A stretch of 64,000 nt of DNA, from contig OY970250.1 in the NCBI GenBank assembly GCA_963715575.1, forward strand, positions 414,992-478,991, written 5' to 3'. The translations under genes were made by a program, and so were the position numbers. Shown one piece after another: positions 18,158 to 29,392 of this stretch (positions are counted from its first letter, which is position 1; each line of letters begins with the position of its first letter). The DNA comes from an uncultured Actinomycetes bacterium (GTDB lineage: Bacteria; Actinomycetota; Thermoleophilia; Gaiellales; Gaiellaceae). The notes below the pieces were generated by a model that was not told the DNA's origin, did no database searches, and saw nothing but the letters and a program-made list of their open reading frames with translations.

Positions 18158-19705
18158 ATGCTCCCCGCCGTGGCGAAGATGCTCTTCCGGCTGCCGGACG
18201 CGGCGGCCGTGACCGACAACCCGGACCCCGACGAGCTGCAGACGCTCGCCGCGCGCATGCCGAATGCGCGGCCGACGCGCTACGGCAACCTCAACGTCCA
18301 GACCAAGGTCGTGAACCGCTCGAAGGGCTCGACCTTCATCGTCACCGACGAGCCCGACGGCCAGAACCAGGCGATCAGCCGTGAGGAAGGCGAGCGCTGG
18401 GCCGAGCGGCAGGACGCATACATCGCCGACCAGGAGATGGTCGTGGTCGACGGCTACATCGGCAACGACCCCGAGTTCCGCACGCCCGCCCGGCTCTACA
18501 TCGAGGCCGCGAACGCGAACATCGCCGGCATGCAGCAGCAGCTCTACTTCTCACCCGCCGAGGGCGAGGAGCTGGAGCCCGAGCTCACCGTCATCTACAC
18601 GCCCAACCTGAAGGCCGAGGGCTACCCGGACGACCGCCTGATCGCCGTCGACCTCGAGCAGGGCGTCACCCGCGTCTTCAACTCCGACTACTTCGGCGAG
18701 TCGAAGAAGGGCGGCCTGCGGATGTGGAACAAGCTCGTCTACGACCGCGGCGGGATCCCCCTGCACGCGGGCTGCAAGATCATCCCGACCGAGCACGGCA
18801 AGCGCGTCGGACTGATCGTCGGCCTCTCGGGGACCGGCAAGACGACGACCACCTTCACGCGCCAGAACGGCTCGCTGCCGGTGCAGGACGACTTCGTCGC
18901 CTGGATGCCGAACGGCCGCGTCTACGCGACCGAGAACGGCTGCTTCGCCAAGACCTTCGGCCTCAACCCCGAGGACGAGCCGACGATCTACGGCGCCGTC
19001 ACGCAGCCGCGCTCGTACCTCGAGAACGTCTCGCAGCACGGCGACGAGGTCGACTTCTACGACACCGACTACACCTCGAACGGGCGCGCGACCTTCCCGT
19101 TCGACGTGATCGAGGCCGCCTCGGCCGACGAGATCGAAGAGGCGCACTTCCTGCTGATCCTGAACAAGAACGAGAACATCGTCCCCGCAGTCGCGAAGCT
19201 CGAAGGGCCGCAGGCAGCGGCCTTCTTCATGCTCGGCGAGACCACCGGCACGAGCGCCGGCGGCGCGGACGAGGCCGGCAAGTTCCTGCGCGTGCCCGGG
19301 ACGAACCCGTTCTTCCCGATGCTCCACGACCTGCAAGGCAACCGCTTCCTCGAGCTGCTCGCCCAGCACCCGCTCGAGGTCTACGTGCTGAACACCGGGC
19401 GCGTCGGCGGCCCCGACGGTGAAGAGCGCTCGCGCAAGGTGCGGATCAAGCACTCGTCCGCGATCGTCAAGGGCATCGCCGAGGGCACGATCGAGTGGGA
19501 GCGCGATCCTGACTTCGGCTACCTCGTCGCCGCCTCGGTGCCGGGGATCGACGAGCTCGAGATCCTGCAGCCGCGACGGCTCTACGAGGAGCAGGGCCGC
19601 GGCGACGAGTACCGCTCGCTGGTCGAGCGCTTCAAGGCGGAGAGGGCCGAGTTCCTGCGGGGGTTCTCGAGCCTCTCGGACGAGATCGTCGCGGCCGTTT
19701 CGTAG
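18158..19705 (+). CDS. pckA: Phosphoenolpyruvate carboxykinase (ATP)
   Basis: GLSGTGKTTTTF P-loop, FNSDYFGESKKG, GCFAKTFGL. Start ATG 18158; alternatives are GTG 18152 and ATG 18176. Divergent from sdhA with only ~52 nt between them. Confidence 0.93.
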   Translation: MLPAVAKMLFRLPDAAAVTDNPDPDELQTLAARMPNARPTRYGNLNVQTKVVNRSKGSTFIVTDEPDGQNQAISREEGERWAERQDAYIADQEMVVVDGYIGNDPEFRTPARLYIEAANANIAGMQQQLYFSPAEGEELEPELTVIYTPNLKAEGYPDDRLIAVDLEQGVTRVFNSDYFGESKKGGLRMWNKLVYDRGGIPLHAGCKIIPTEHGKRVGLIVGLSGTGKTTTTFTRQNGSLPVQDDFVAWMPNGRVYATENGCFAKTFGLNPEDEPTIYGAVTQPRSYLENVSQHGDEVDFYDTDYTSNGRATFPFDVIEAASADEIEEAHFLLILNKNENIVPAVAKLEGPQAAAFFMLGETTGTSAGGADEAGKFLRVPGTNPFFPMLHDLQGNRFLELLAQHPLEVYVLNTGRVGGPDGEERSRKVRIKHSSAIVKGIAEGTIEWERDPDFGYLVAASVPGIDELEILQPRRLYEEQGRGDEYRSLVERFKAERAEFLRGFSSLSDEIVAAVS

Positions 19706-19884
19706 GGGGCTTGTCGGAATTGCGCTCGTCGACGGGGCGCGATGGTCGTTCCGAGGCAAGGACGCAGGGAGCGTTCGTACCTGGAAGGTACGGGCGCGAC
19801 TGAGGACGCGGCCTCGGCGCGAGCAGCGCGTTCCGTCGACTCAGCGGTAAGGGAGTCCGCGCCGCGGCGGCGAAAGCGTCGCCG

Positions 19885-20715
19885 ATGCAGGATCAGGTCG
19901 AGCGGTTTCTCGAGAGCCCGGCGCTCGCCGAGCGGACGCGACGCGCGTACCGCTACGACGTGGAGGAGTTCTGCGCGTGGCTGGAGCGCCGCGGCACGCG
20001 GCTCGAGGCTGTCGACGTACGTGCCCTGTCGGAGTACGCGGCCGAGCTCGGGCGCGCGCGGCCGCGGAAGCTCGCGCCGGCCACGATCGGCCGCAAGCTG
20101 GCGGCGGTGCGGGCCTTCCTGCGGCACTCGCTCGGCGCTGAGCGCGTGCCGGACGCGTCGTTCGCGCCGCGACGGCCCCGGCGGCTGCCCGAGGCGCCGC
20201 GCCCGCACGAGGTCGACGGCGAGCTCGATGCGTTCGAGGGCGACGAGCCGCTCGCGCTGCGGAACCGCGCGCTGGTCGAGCTCGTCTACTCGGCGGGGCT
20301 GCGCTCGCAAGAGGCGGTCGACCTCGACCTGGCCGACGTCGACTTCGAGCAGGAGCTGGTGCACGTGTGCGGCAAGGGCGGCAAGGAGCGAGTCGTGCCG
20401 CTCGGCGAGGAGGCCTCGCATGCGGTCGCGCTCTACCTGCGCGAGTCGCGGCCGCAGCTCGCACGCGGAGCCGAGAACGCGCTCTTCCTCTCGGCGCGCG
20501 GCCGCCGGCTCGACACGAGCACGCTGCGCCGCCTGCTTCCCCACCCGCACCGGCTGCGGCATGCCTTCGCCACGCACCTGCTCGAGGGCGGCGCCGACCT
20601 GCGAACGATCCAGGAGCTGCTCGGCCACAGCTCGCTCTCGACCACGCAGATGTACAGCCACGTGGACGCGCGCCGACTGCGCAAGGTCTACGACCGCTCG
20701 CATCCACGCTCCTGA
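19885..20715 (+). CDS. Tyrosine recombinase XerC/XerD family (276 aa)
   Basis: LVELVYSAGLRSQEAVDLDLADVD, VCGKGGKERVVPLG, HRLRHAFATHLLEGGADLRTIQELLGHSSLSTTQMYSHV (R..H-x-x-R..Y catalytic pattern). Confidence 0.9.
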   Translation: MQDQVERFLESPALAERTRRAYRYDVEEFCAWLERRGTRLEAVDVRALSEYAAELGRARPRKLAPATIGRKLAAVRAFLRHSLGAERVPDASFAPRRPRRLPEAPRPHEVDGELDAFEGDEPLALRNRALVELVYSAGLRSQEAVDLDLADVDFEQELVHVCGKGGKERVVPLGEEASHAVALYLRESRPQLARGAENALFLSARGRRLDTSTLRRLLPHPHRLRHAFATHLLEGGADLRTIQELLGHSSLSTTQMYSHVDARRLRKVYDRSHPRS

Positions 20716-20893
20716 CCTATGTCCCGCCGCCGGGGATCTGAGCGGTCCTTTGATGTTCACGCCCGACAAACGGGTCCCCACCCACCCCCGCCCTCCGACA
20801 CGCTATGCGGGAAGTCGTCACGTGTCTGTGACCCCTTCGCGACGAATCGGTGCCGACCGCCGCGCCGGGCCGCCCACGCGGGCTAGGCGACGG

Positions 20894-21118
20894 TCAAGGG
20901 TTCGACTTGCGGGCGTGCATGCGGGCCTGCTCCTCGAGCAGCGCGTCTGCCGCGCGGACGTGGCCGTCGGCGGCCCAGGCATGCGCGGCGCCGCGCGGAA
21001 CCTCGCGCGCCCGCAGGTGCGAGGCCGCAGTCCGGCAGTGTCGGGCCGCCTGCTCGAGCTCCTCCGCAGCGCCGTCGAAGAGGCGGGCCGCCGCTTCGAG
21101 ATCGTCGTTCGCACCCAA
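20894..21118 (-). CDS. Small helical His-rich hypothetical protein (74 aa), antisense to the two xer genes
   Basis: TTG start; good GC3; composition A/E/R/H-rich (AARHCRTAASHLRAREVPRGAAHAWAADGHVRAADALLEEQARMH). No family recognised; coding status uncertain. Confidence 0.4.
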   Translation of the reverse strand: MGANDDLEAAARLFDGAAEELEQAARHCRTAASHLRAREVPRGAAHAWAADGHVRAADALLEEQARMHARKSNP

Positions 21119-21174
21119 GGGAGCGGAACTCTACGGCAGGCATACAGATGCGCGGGCCGAAAGAGGAACGTCCG

Positions 21175-22098
21175 ATGGCCAAGCCGCGGCCCGATCCGGC
21201 TGCTTCCGATCCTGAGGTCGAGGGCTTCCTCGCCCTGCTAGCCGCGCGGCGGGCGCCGAAGACCGTCGAGGCCTACCGCCGCGACCTGCGCGCGCTGGGC
21301 GACTGGCTCGGCGGACCGCCGTCGAAGGCGACCCACGACGACCTCGAGCGCTGGCTGGCGGAACTTCGCGCGGCTGGGCTGTCCCCCGCCACGATCGCGC
21401 GTCGTGTGGCGGCGGTGCGCTCGTTCTTCAGGCACCTCGTCCTGCTCGGCGCGCGCACCGACAGCCCGGCCGCCGCGCTCGAGCTTCCCCGCCGGCGCCG
21501 CAAGCTCCCGCGCACGCTCTCGCCCGCGGAGGCCCAGCGGCTGATCGAGGCCGCCGCGGGCTCGACGCCCCGGATGATGCGCGACCGGGCGCTGGTCGAG
21601 CTGCTCTACGGCGCGGGCCTGCGTGTGAGCGAGGCCGTCGGCCTCGACCGCACCGGCGTCGACCTCGAGCAGCGGCTCGTCCGCTGCATAGGCAAGGGCG
21701 ACAAGGAGCGCGTCGTCCCCGTGGGCCGGCATGCCGTCGAGGCGCTCCGGCGCTACCTCGCCCACGGGCGGCCGTACCTCGACAAGCGGCACCGGCCGGA
21801 GCTCTTCCTCAACGCCCAGGGCGGTGCCCTCACCCGCGCGGGCGCCTTCCTGATCCTGCGCCGCCTCGCGGGCCGCGCGGGCCTCGAGCCCGAGCGCGTG
21901 CACCCGCACCTGCTGCGCCATTCCTTCGCGACGCACCTGCTCGAAGGCGGCGCCGATCTGCGCAGCGTCCAGGAGATGCTCGGCCACGCCGATCTCGGGA
22001 CGACCGAGCTGTACACGCACGTCTCCGACCGCCGCCGGCGCGACGTCTACTTCCGCAGCCACCCCCACGCGCGCCGCCGAAACGTTTCGGGCTCGTGA
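21175..22098 (+). CDS. xerD: Tyrosine recombinase XerD-like
   Basis: ATG 21175 preceded by AAAGAGGAA (track start 21148 also possible). LVELLYGAGLRVSEAVGLD, CIGKGDKERVVPVG, HLLRHSFATHLLEGGADLRSVQEMLGHADLGTTELYTHV. Confidence 0.88.
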   Translation: MAKPRPDPAASDPEVEGFLALLAARRAPKTVEAYRRDLRALGDWLGGPPSKATHDDLERWLAELRAAGLSPATIARRVAAVRSFFRHLVLLGARTDSPAAALELPRRRRKLPRTLSPAEAQRLIEAAAGSTPRMMRDRALVELLYGAGLRVSEAVGLDRTGVDLEQRLVRCIGKGDKERVVPVGRHAVEALRRYLAHGRPYLDKRHRPELFLNAQGGALTRAGAFLILRRLAGRAGLEPERVHPHLLRHSFATHLLEGGADLRSVQEMLGHADLGTTELYTHVSDRRRRDVYFRSHPHARRRNVSGS

Positions 22099-22289
22099 CG
22101 ACCAGGAATGACCCGTTCACGATGACCCCCGATCCACACTTCGCGGTGCTGGTCAGCTCGATCGCCGGCGTCGGCGTGCTGATGTCCTGGGCGGGAATCC
22201 AGAAGAGCGCGCTCGAGTGGAAGCGCCGCCGCCGAATCTGCCCGTCCTGCGGCCACGAGCTCCGCGGCCGCGCCTGCGGTCGCCACTAG
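22095..22289 (+). CDS. Small membrane protein with C-terminal Cys/His knuckle (64 aa)
   Basis: GTGA overlap with the xerD stop; one TM (FAVLVSSIAGVGVLMSWAGI); CPSCGHELRGRACGRH; high GC3. Confidence 0.5.
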   Translation: MTTRNDPFTMTPDPHFAVLVSSIAGVGVLMSWAGIQKSALEWKRRRRICPSCGHELRGRACGRH

Positions 22290-22295
22290 GCCCGC

Positions 22296-22793
22296 CTAGC
22301 GAGTCTTCGCTCGCTTGTCGAGCCCCGCGGCGACCTTTGCCGCGGTCTGCCGTGTCTGCTGGGAAATCCCTTCTTCCTCCGCGATTCCCTGCAGCAGGAC
22401 GATCGTGTCGCGCTGGGGAGAGCCGTTCCGCAGCCCGAGGATCGCGAGCCGCCGGACCGCCTCGTTGTCGTCGGCGTTGGCGAGGTTGTGGAGCAACGGC
22501 CTGACCGAGTTGACCGAGCGCGGGTGCTCGCGCGAGAGCAGCTCGAGCGAGAGCAGCGCCGAGCCGCGGCAGGCAGGGCTGACGTCCTCGAGACCGCGCC
22601 GCAAGAGCTCCTCCTTCTGCCGGAAGCGAAACTGGCCGACGGCACGGTAGGCGGCCGCCCGCTCGAGGTGGTTCTCCGACCTGGCGGCGGCCTCGAGCTC
22701 GTCCGCCCAGGCCGCGCGCAACTTCGCGAGGTCGCGCTCGTTCCCGCTCTCGGCGAGCGCGTTTGCCTCGACCCCGGCCTCGGCGAGACTCAA
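22296..22793 (-). CDS. HEAT-repeat protein (~165 aa)
   Basis: Likely TTG start 22791-22793 overlapping the citrate synthase TGA (TTGA). [40 protein letters not shown] are HEAT/PBS-lyase-like repeats. The 542-aa track ORF is an over-extension. Confidence 0.65.
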   Translation of the reverse strand: MSLAEAGVEANALAESGNERDLAKLRAAWADELEAAARSENHLERAAAYRAVGQFRFRQKEELLRRGLEDVSPACRGSALLSLELLSREHPRSVNSVRPLLHNLANADDNEAVRRLAILGLRNGSPQRDTIVLLQGIAEEEGISQQTRQTAAKVAAGLDKRAKTR

Positions 22794-23869
22794 GCCGACG
22801 CGAGCGATCGCTCGGCGGGACCGATGTAGCGCGCCGAGGGCCTGAAGAGCCGGCCGGTCCGCTTCTGCTCGAGGATGTGCGCCGACCAGCCGGCCACCCG
22901 CGAACAGGCGAACATGGCGGGCGCGAGCGGCGGCGGGATCTCGGCGACGTCGAGCACGACCGCGGAGTAGTACTCGACGTTCGTTGCGAGCACGCGCTCC
23001 GGATGGCGCTCTTGGAGCGCCTTCAGCGCGACCCGCTCGAGCTGCTCGGCGATCTCGACCTGTGGAGAATCGAGCTCCTTCGCGGTGCGCTTGAGGATCC
23101 GCGAGCGCGGGTCCTCGGCTCGGTACACGCGGTGGCCGAAGCCCATGATCCGCTTCCCCGACTCGAGCGCTTCTCGCACCCAGCGCTCTGGATCGCCGAG
23201 CTCCTGGGCCTCGTCGAGCATCGGCTTCACGTAGGCGGGCGCGCCGCCGTGCAGCGGGCCCGAGAGCGCGCCGACCGCGGACGAGAGCGCGGCGCCGCAG
23301 TCGGCCCCGGTGGAGGCGACGACACGCGCGGTGAAGGTCGAGGCGTTGAGGCCGTGCTCGGCGGTGCAGATCCAGTAGGTGTCGATCGCCTTGACGTGCC
23401 GCGGATCGGCCTCGCCGCGCCAGCGGAGCAGGAACCGCTCGGCCGCGGTGTCGCCCTGCGCGACGACGTCGTCCGGCGCCGGCTCGCGGCCGTCCGCCTT
23501 GGCCGCCGAGCGCGCGACGATCTCCATCATCTCCGCCGAGAGGCAGCCGAGATCCTCGCGGGCCTGCTCGTCGGAGATCTCGTTCAGCTTGCCGAGCTTC
23601 CAGACACCGGAGAGGCGCGCGGTCTCGGCCTGCAGGTCGGACGGCGCGTTGCCGCTCAGCGCCGCAGGCTCGTACGGGTCGGGGTCGGGCATCTTCGAGT
23701 TGAGGTCGTCGTCGACCAGCAGGCCCCAGACCGCCTCGTACGGGTAATGCCCGACGAGCTCCTCGATGTCGATCCCGCGATAGCGGAGCGAACCCCCTTC
23801 GCGGTCGGGCTCGGCGATCTCCGTCTCGACCGCGACGACGCCCTCGAGACCCGGCTTGAAGTCGTTCAC
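22790..23869 (-). CDS. gltA: Citrate synthase (short, ~359 aa type)
   Basis: [63 protein letters not shown]. Confidence 0.93.
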   Translation of the reverse strand: MNDFKPGLEGVVAVETEIAEPDREGGSLRYRGIDIEELVGHYPYEAVWGLLVDDDLNSKMPDPDPYEPAALSGNAPSDLQAETARLSGVWKLGKLNEISDEQAREDLGCLSAEMMEIVARSAAKADGREPAPDDVVAQGDTAAERFLLRWRGEADPRHVKAIDTYWICTAEHGLNASTFTARVVASTGADCGAALSSAVGALSGPLHGGAPAYVKPMLDEAQELGDPERWVREALESGKRIMGFGHRVYRAEDPRSRILKRTAKELDSPQVEIAEQLERVALKALQERHPERVLATNVEYYSAVVLDVAEIPPPLAPAMFACSRVAGWSAHILEQKRTGRLFRPSARYIGPAERSLASA

Positions 23870-23905
23870 GGCCCGAAGTGTAGTGCTCCGTTAGAGTCCG
23901 CCGCC

Positions 23906-24996
<1,091 letters not shown>

Positions 24997-25000
<4 letters not shown>

Positions 25001-25932
25001 GCTCGCGCCGCAAGGTGACGGTGGTCGGCGCCGGGAACGTCGGCGCGACCTGCGCGAAGGTGCTGGCGCAGCGCGACTACGCGGACGTCGTCCTCGTCGA
25101 CATCAAGGAAGGCCTCCCGCAGGGCAAGGCGCTCGACATCAACCAGATGGGCGCCGTGCTCGGCTACGAGCCCTACGTCGTCGGCTCGAACAGCTACGAT
25201 GAGACTGCCGGCTCCGAGGTGGTCGTGATCACGGCCGGCCTGCCGCGCTCGCCCGGGATGAGCCGCGACGACCTCGTCACCACGAACGAGAAGATCGTCG
25301 GCTCGGTCACCGAGCAGGTGGTCGCCGCCTCGCCCGACGCGATCCTGATCGTCGTCTCGAACCCGCTGGATGCGATGTGCCACGTGGCGAAGGGCTCCTC
25401 GGGCTGGCCCAAGGAGCGCGTCTTCGGCATGGCGGGGATCCTCGACACGGCGCGCTTCTCGACCTTCATCGCGTGGGAGACCGGCTCGTCGGTCAAGGAC
25501 GTGACCGCGATGGTGCTCGGCGGCCACGGTGACCAGATGGTGCCGGTCGTCTCGGCGACGACGGTCGGCGGCGTGCCGCTGACGAAGCTCGTCCCTGACG
25601 ACCGGATCGCCGCCATGGTCGAGCGGACCGCGAAGGGCGGCGGCGAGCTGGTCGAGCTGCTCGGCACCTCTGCGTGGTACGCGCCCGGCGCGGCGGCGGC
25701 GCAGATGGTCGACTCGATCATGCTCGACGAGCACCGCGTCCTCCCCTGCACCGCGTATCTCGAAGGCGAGTACGGGATCGACGGGCTGTACATGGGGGTG
25801 CCGGTGAAGCTCGGCGCGGGCGGGATCGAGGAGATCGTCGAGCTCGAGCTGACCGACGACGAGCGCCAGGCGCTGAACACCTCGGCGGACGCGGTCCGCG
25901 ACGTCGTCGGCGTGCTCGGCTCCTCTGGGTAG
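24997..25932 (+). CDS. mdh: Malate dehydrogenase (LDH-like family)
   Basis: GTGA overlap with icd; [48 protein letters not shown]. Confidence 0.92.
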
Positions 25933-25935
25933 CCG

Positions 25936-26679
25936 ATGGAGCTCGGGCTCAGCGGCCGTACGGCGATCGTCTGCGGGGCCTCGTCGGGGATGGGCCTGGC
26001 GATCGCGGAGGCGTTTGCCGCCGAGGGCGCCAACGTGGCGATGTTCGCGCGCGGGCGCGAGTTGCTCCAGCGCGAGGCGGAGCGCCTGGGCGCGCTCGCC
26101 GTGCGCGGCGACGTCACCAACCCCGCCGACCTCAAGCGCCTCGTCGACCGAACGCTCGAGGCCTTTGGCGGGATCGACATCCTGGTCAACAACAGCGGCG
26201 GCCCGCCGCGCACGCCGGCGGTCGGCCTCACCGACGAGCAGGTCGAGGATGCCGTCGAGCTGCTGTTGCTCTCAGCGATCCGGCTGACCGCGCTCTGCCT
26301 CCCGCAGCTTGAGCGCAGCGGCCGAGGCCGCGTGATCAACATCGAGTCGAGCTCGGTGCGCGAGCCGATCGACAACCTCGCGCTGTCGAACGCCGTGCGC
26401 CCCGGCGTCGTCGGCTGGGCCAAGACCCTCGCGCGCGAGGTCGGCGAGAAGAAGATCACCGTCAACACGATCGCGCCGGGGCGGATCGAGACCGAGCGCC
26501 TGGCCGAAGCCTTCCAGGGCAAGCCGCGCGCCGAGGACTTCGAGTCGATCCCACTGCGGCGCTTCGGCCAGCCGAAAGAGGTGGCGCAGGTCGCGTGTTT
26601 CCTCGCCTCGGATGCCGCTTCGTACATGACCGGCACGTTGATCCCGGTCGATGGCGGCCTGACGCGCGGCCTGCTCTGA
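25936..26679 (+). CDS. SDR family oxidoreductase
   Basis: TAIVCGASSGMGLAIA (TGxxxGxG), NNSGG, SSSVREP...LSNAVRPGVVGWAKTLA. Confidence 0.88.
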   Translation: MELGLSGRTAIVCGASSGMGLAIAEAFAAEGANVAMFARGRELLQREAERLGALAVRGDVTNPADLKRLVDRTLEAFGGIDILVNNSGGPPRTPAVGLTDEQVEDAVELLLLSAIRLTALCLPQLERSGRGRVINIESSSVREPIDNLALSNAVRPGVVGWAKTLAREVGEKKITVNTIAPGRIETERLAEAFQGKPRAEDFESIPLRRFGQPKEVAQVACFLASDAASYMTGTLIPVDGGLTRGLL

Positions 26680-26698
26680 CGCGCATATCCTCGGGCCG

Positions 26699-27691
26699 AT
26701 GCGGTGGTTCACACCGGCGCGGCTCGCCGCGGGCGGCCTCTTCCTCCTCGGCGCGGCGGCGTTCGTGCTCTGGCTGCTGCCCGACAGCGGCACCGACATC
26801 CTTCTCGTCGACCCCGCCCATCCCGTCGATCAACTCGTCACCGTCCCCAACGACGCGCGCACGCCTCAGCCGGGCCCGATCTACTTCGTCGACGTCCGCG
26901 AGCGTGAGGCACGCCTGCTGGAGCGGCTCGTGCCGTTCCTGCGTCCGAACGGGTCGACGCTCACACCGGCGCCCCCGGTCAGCTCGGCGGTGGAGCGCCA
27001 GATCGGCGTCCAGGACATGACCCAGTCGCAGAAGGTCGCCGCCGTCGTCGCGCTCGACCACCTCGGCTACAAGGTCAAGGCGACCACCGGCGGCGTGACG
27101 ATCGTGCTCGTCGAGAAGAGCGCGCCGGCCGCGAGGGTCCTGCGCACGAGCGACGTGATCGTGGCCGCGGACGGCCGCAAGGTCAACTCGGTGGCCGACC
27201 TACGCGCGGTGCTCGCCAAGCACCGGCCCGGCGACGTGGTACGGATCACGTTCGTGCGCGACGGCAAGCGGACGACGGCGCCGATCAAGACCGTTTCCGA
27301 CCCGCAGGACTCGAAGCGCGCGCTCGTCGGAGTCTCGGCTCGTGACAATCTGAAGGTGACGCTGCCGGTGCAGATCAAGATCGACGCGGGCGGCGTCGGC
27401 GGCCCCTCGGCCGGGCTCGCCTTCGCGCTCGACATCCTGCAAGAGCTCGGCCGCGACGTCGCGCACGGGCACAAGATCGCGGCGACCGGAGAGATCGCTC
27501 TCGACGGAACCGTGGGCCCAATCGGTGGTGTCAAGCAAAAGACGCTCGGCGCGCGCAAGGCGGGTGTGGACGCCTTCCTCGTCCCGGCAGGCGAGAACGC
27601 CCGCGAGGCCCGGCGCTATGCCGACGGGCTCCGGATCATCCCTGTGAAGAACTTTCCACAGGCGTTGCGGGCGCTGGCAACGTTGCGCTAG
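26699..27691 (+). CDS. PDZ domain-containing Lon-like (S16) protease, membrane anchored (YlbL/SepM-like)
   Basis: N-terminal TM; PDZ segment DVIVAADGRKVNSVADLRAVLAKHRPGDVVRITF; Lon_C block GGVGGPSAGLAFALDIL, ATGEIALDGTVGPIGGVKQK. Confidence 0.85.
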   Translation: MRWFTPARLAAGGLFLLGAAAFVLWLLPDSGTDILLVDPAHPVDQLVTVPNDARTPQPGPIYFVDVREREARLLERLVPFLRPNGSTLTPAPPVSSAVERQIGVQDMTQSQKVAAVVALDHLGYKVKATTGGVTIVLVEKSAPAARVLRTSDVIVAADGRKVNSVADLRAVLAKHRPGDVVRITFVRDGKRTTAPIKTVSDPQDSKRALVGVSARDNLKVTLPVQIKIDAGGVGGPSAGLAFALDILQELGRDVAHGHKIAATGEIALDGTVGPIGGVKQKTLGARKAGVDAFLVPAGENAREARRYADGLRIIPVKNFPQALRALATLR

Positions 27692-27711
27692 ATCCGGAAA
27701 GAAGCGGCAGA

Positions 27712-27728
27712 TTTCGACATGTTCGAAA
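27712..27728. promoter_or_regulatory. Inverted repeat TTTCGA-catgt-TCGAAA in an unusually AT-rich intergenic region
   Basis: Read directly. Lies ~40 nt upstream of the putative -35 element for the downstream small-protein gene. Confidence 0.3.
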
Positions 27729-27765
27729 GCGCCGGAAATTGCACTGTTTTCTCCACAGGCAAGCC

Positions 27766-27793
27766 TTGATTCGCCGGTCCCACACCCTATGAT
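27766..27793 (+). promoter_or_regulatory. Putative sigma-70-type promoter (TTGATT - 16 nt - TATGAT)
   Basis: Hexamers read directly, ~44 nt upstream of ATG 27837, which has a GAGGAG Shine-Dalgarno sequence. Confidence 0.4.
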
Positions 27794-27836
27794 CCCGCGG
27801 TGTTCGGGCAGGCGACGAAGAGGAGCAAACTGGGGC

Positions 27837-28022
27837 ATGAGCAAGGCGGCTAAACCAACTTGCGCGGACTGCTACTTCCATCGGGCGTCGCTCTGCGCGC
27901 TCGTCCTCGCCGAGCCGTGCCCGACCTTCCGGCTGCACAGCCGCGGCACGCTCGTCCCGCCGCGACAGCCGCGGCTGGTGCCGCGACCACTGGCACCGCT
28001 CGGCGATCGCTCCGCCGCCTAG
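27837..28022 (+). CDS. Small Cys-rich protein (61 aa)
   Basis: ATG with GAGGAG 11 nt upstream. MSKAAKPTCADCYFHRASLCALVLAEPCPTFRL (C-x2-C ... C ... C) then a P/R-rich tail. Confidence 0.5.
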   Translation: MSKAAKPTCADCYFHRASLCALVLAEPCPTFRLHSRGTLVPPRQPRLVPRPLAPLGDRSAA

Positions 28023-28033
28023 ACTGCCGCGGC

Positions 28034-28339
28034 GTGCAGGACGAGCCGGAACAGACCGAAGCGCCGCCCGCAGCCGAGGAGGAGCGGGCCGCCGAGCCGG
28101 AGGAGGGATTCGGCCGCCAGTGGCAGCCACGCCTCTACCTGCGGCTCCTCGTCCTCGGCCTGTTGATCGCCTACGGAATCGGCTTCGTGCTCGAGAACAA
28201 CAAGCACGTCCACGTGCACTTCGTGCTCGGCACCGCGCACGTCTCGCTGATCTGGGTGATCCTGCTCAGCGTCGCGCTCGGGCTGCTGCTCGGCGTGCTG
28301 ATCTCGCAGCTATACCGGCGCCGCCGCCGACGCCACTAG
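28034..28339 (+). CDS. LapA-domain (DUF1049-like) small membrane protein
   Basis: GTG 28034; acidic N-terminus then LRLLVLGLLIAYGIGFVLENNKHVHVHF...LIWVILLSVALGLLLGVLISQLYRRRRRR. Confidence 0.7.
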   Translation: MQDEPEQTEAPPAAEEERAAEPEEGFGRQWQPRLYLRLLVLGLLIAYGIGFVLENNKHVHVHFVLGTAHVSLIWVILLSVALGLLLGVLISQLYRRRRRRH

Positions 28340-29392
28340 CGCAGCCAGCCGCCGCGCGCCCTCGTCGATCTCGGCCGGCGAGACGAAGCTGAAGGCGAGC
28401 CGCGCGGAGGACGGCCGGCCGCCGAAGTCGGCGCCGGGAACGAAGGTCACCCCCGCCTCGCTCGCTCGCGCGAGCAGCTCGGACGCGTCCGTCTCCTCCG
28501 GCAGCTCGAGCCAGAGGAAGTAGCCGCCTTCGGGCCGGTTCCAGCGCGCCCGGCCCGAGAGCTCCCGCTCCAGCGCGTCGAGCATCGCGTCGCGCCGGAC
28601 CTTGAGCAGCCCGCAGACTCGCTCGAGATTGGACTGGAACAGGCCGCGGCGCAGGAACTCGTACACGGTGGCCTGCGCGAGCAAGGCGGGCGTGATGTAG
28701 GTCGAGGCGACGAGCTCTTCGAGCCTTCCCGTCAGCGAGGCGGGGACGATCGCGTAGCCGACCCGCAGCCCGGGCGCGATCGTCTTCGAGAAGGAGGACG
28801 AGTACATGACGCGCTCCCCGCCTTCGAGCTCGAACAGCGACAGCAGCGGCTCGCCTTCGAAGCGCACGAGGCCGTACGGATCGTCCTCGAGCACGGGCAG
28901 CTCCCGTTCGTGCACGAGCTCCGCGAGCCGCCGGCGGCGATCCTCGGAGAGGGTCGAGCCGGTCGGGTTCTGGAAGGTCGGGATCGTGTAGAGGAACGAG
29001 GCCGGGGGCCCGTCGAGCTCGCGTTCCAGCTCGTCCACGTCGAGGCCGTGCTCGTCGACCGGAACCTCGCCGAGCTCGATCTCCGCCGCGGCCAGGATCT
29101 TGCGCGGCCGGTCGTAGGTCGGCCGCTCGACGAGCACGCGCCCGCGGCCGCTGAACGCGTCCAGCACGAAGTGGAACGCCTGCAGCGAGCCGTTGGTCAC
29201 CAGCACGCGCCCGGGCTCGACCGAGTGCCGCTCCGCCAGCCACTCACGCAGCGGTCCGTACCCGAGCGTGCTGCCGTACGAGAGCACCACCTCGCCGTCG
29301 CGCTCGATCACGCTCTTGGCGCAGTCGGCGAGCTCCCCCACGGGGAGGCACTCCGGCGCCGGAATCCCTCGAGCGAACGAGATCGCGTCCAC
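28310..29392 (-). CDS. PLP-dependent aminotransferase (class I/II, LysN/2-aminoadipate transaminase-like)
   Basis: GTG 29390-29392 (MDAISFARGIPAPE); YGSTLGYGPLREWLA, TNGSLQA, PTFQNPTG, SSSFSKTIAPGLRVGY (PLP lysine). Confidence 0.85.
   Translation of the reverse strand: MDAISFARGIPAPECLPVGELADCAKSVIERDGEVVLSYGSTLGYGPLREWLAERHSVEPGRVLVTNGSLQAFHFVLDAFSGRGRVLVERPTYDRPRKILAAAEIELGEVPVDEHGLDVDELERELDGPPASFLYTIPTFQNPTGSTLSEDRRRRLAELVHERELPVLEDDPYGLVRFEGEPLLSLFELEGGERVMYSSSFSKTIAPGLRVGYAIVPASLTGRLEELVASTYITPALLAQATVYEFLRRGLFQSNLERVCGLLKVRRDAMLDALERELSGRARWNRPEGGYFLWLELPEETDASELLARASEAGVTFVPGADFGGRPSSARLAFSFVSPAEIDEGARRLAALVASAAAPV

Noticed and set aside
19706-19884. Possible structured RNA or riboswitch in the pckA-xer spacer (contains hairpin CGTACCT-gga-AGGTACG)
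   Set aside because: It has only a short 7-bp stem, with no recognisable riboswitch consensus and no U-tract. The support is insufficient.
19885-22098. Xer-like recombinases considered as integrases of a prophage, ICE or RIT element
   Set aside because: Both look like canonical XerC/D rather than phage integrases. There are only two of them, not the RIT trio. There is no adjacent tRNA target, no direct repeats that I could see, and no phage or conjugation genes on either side.
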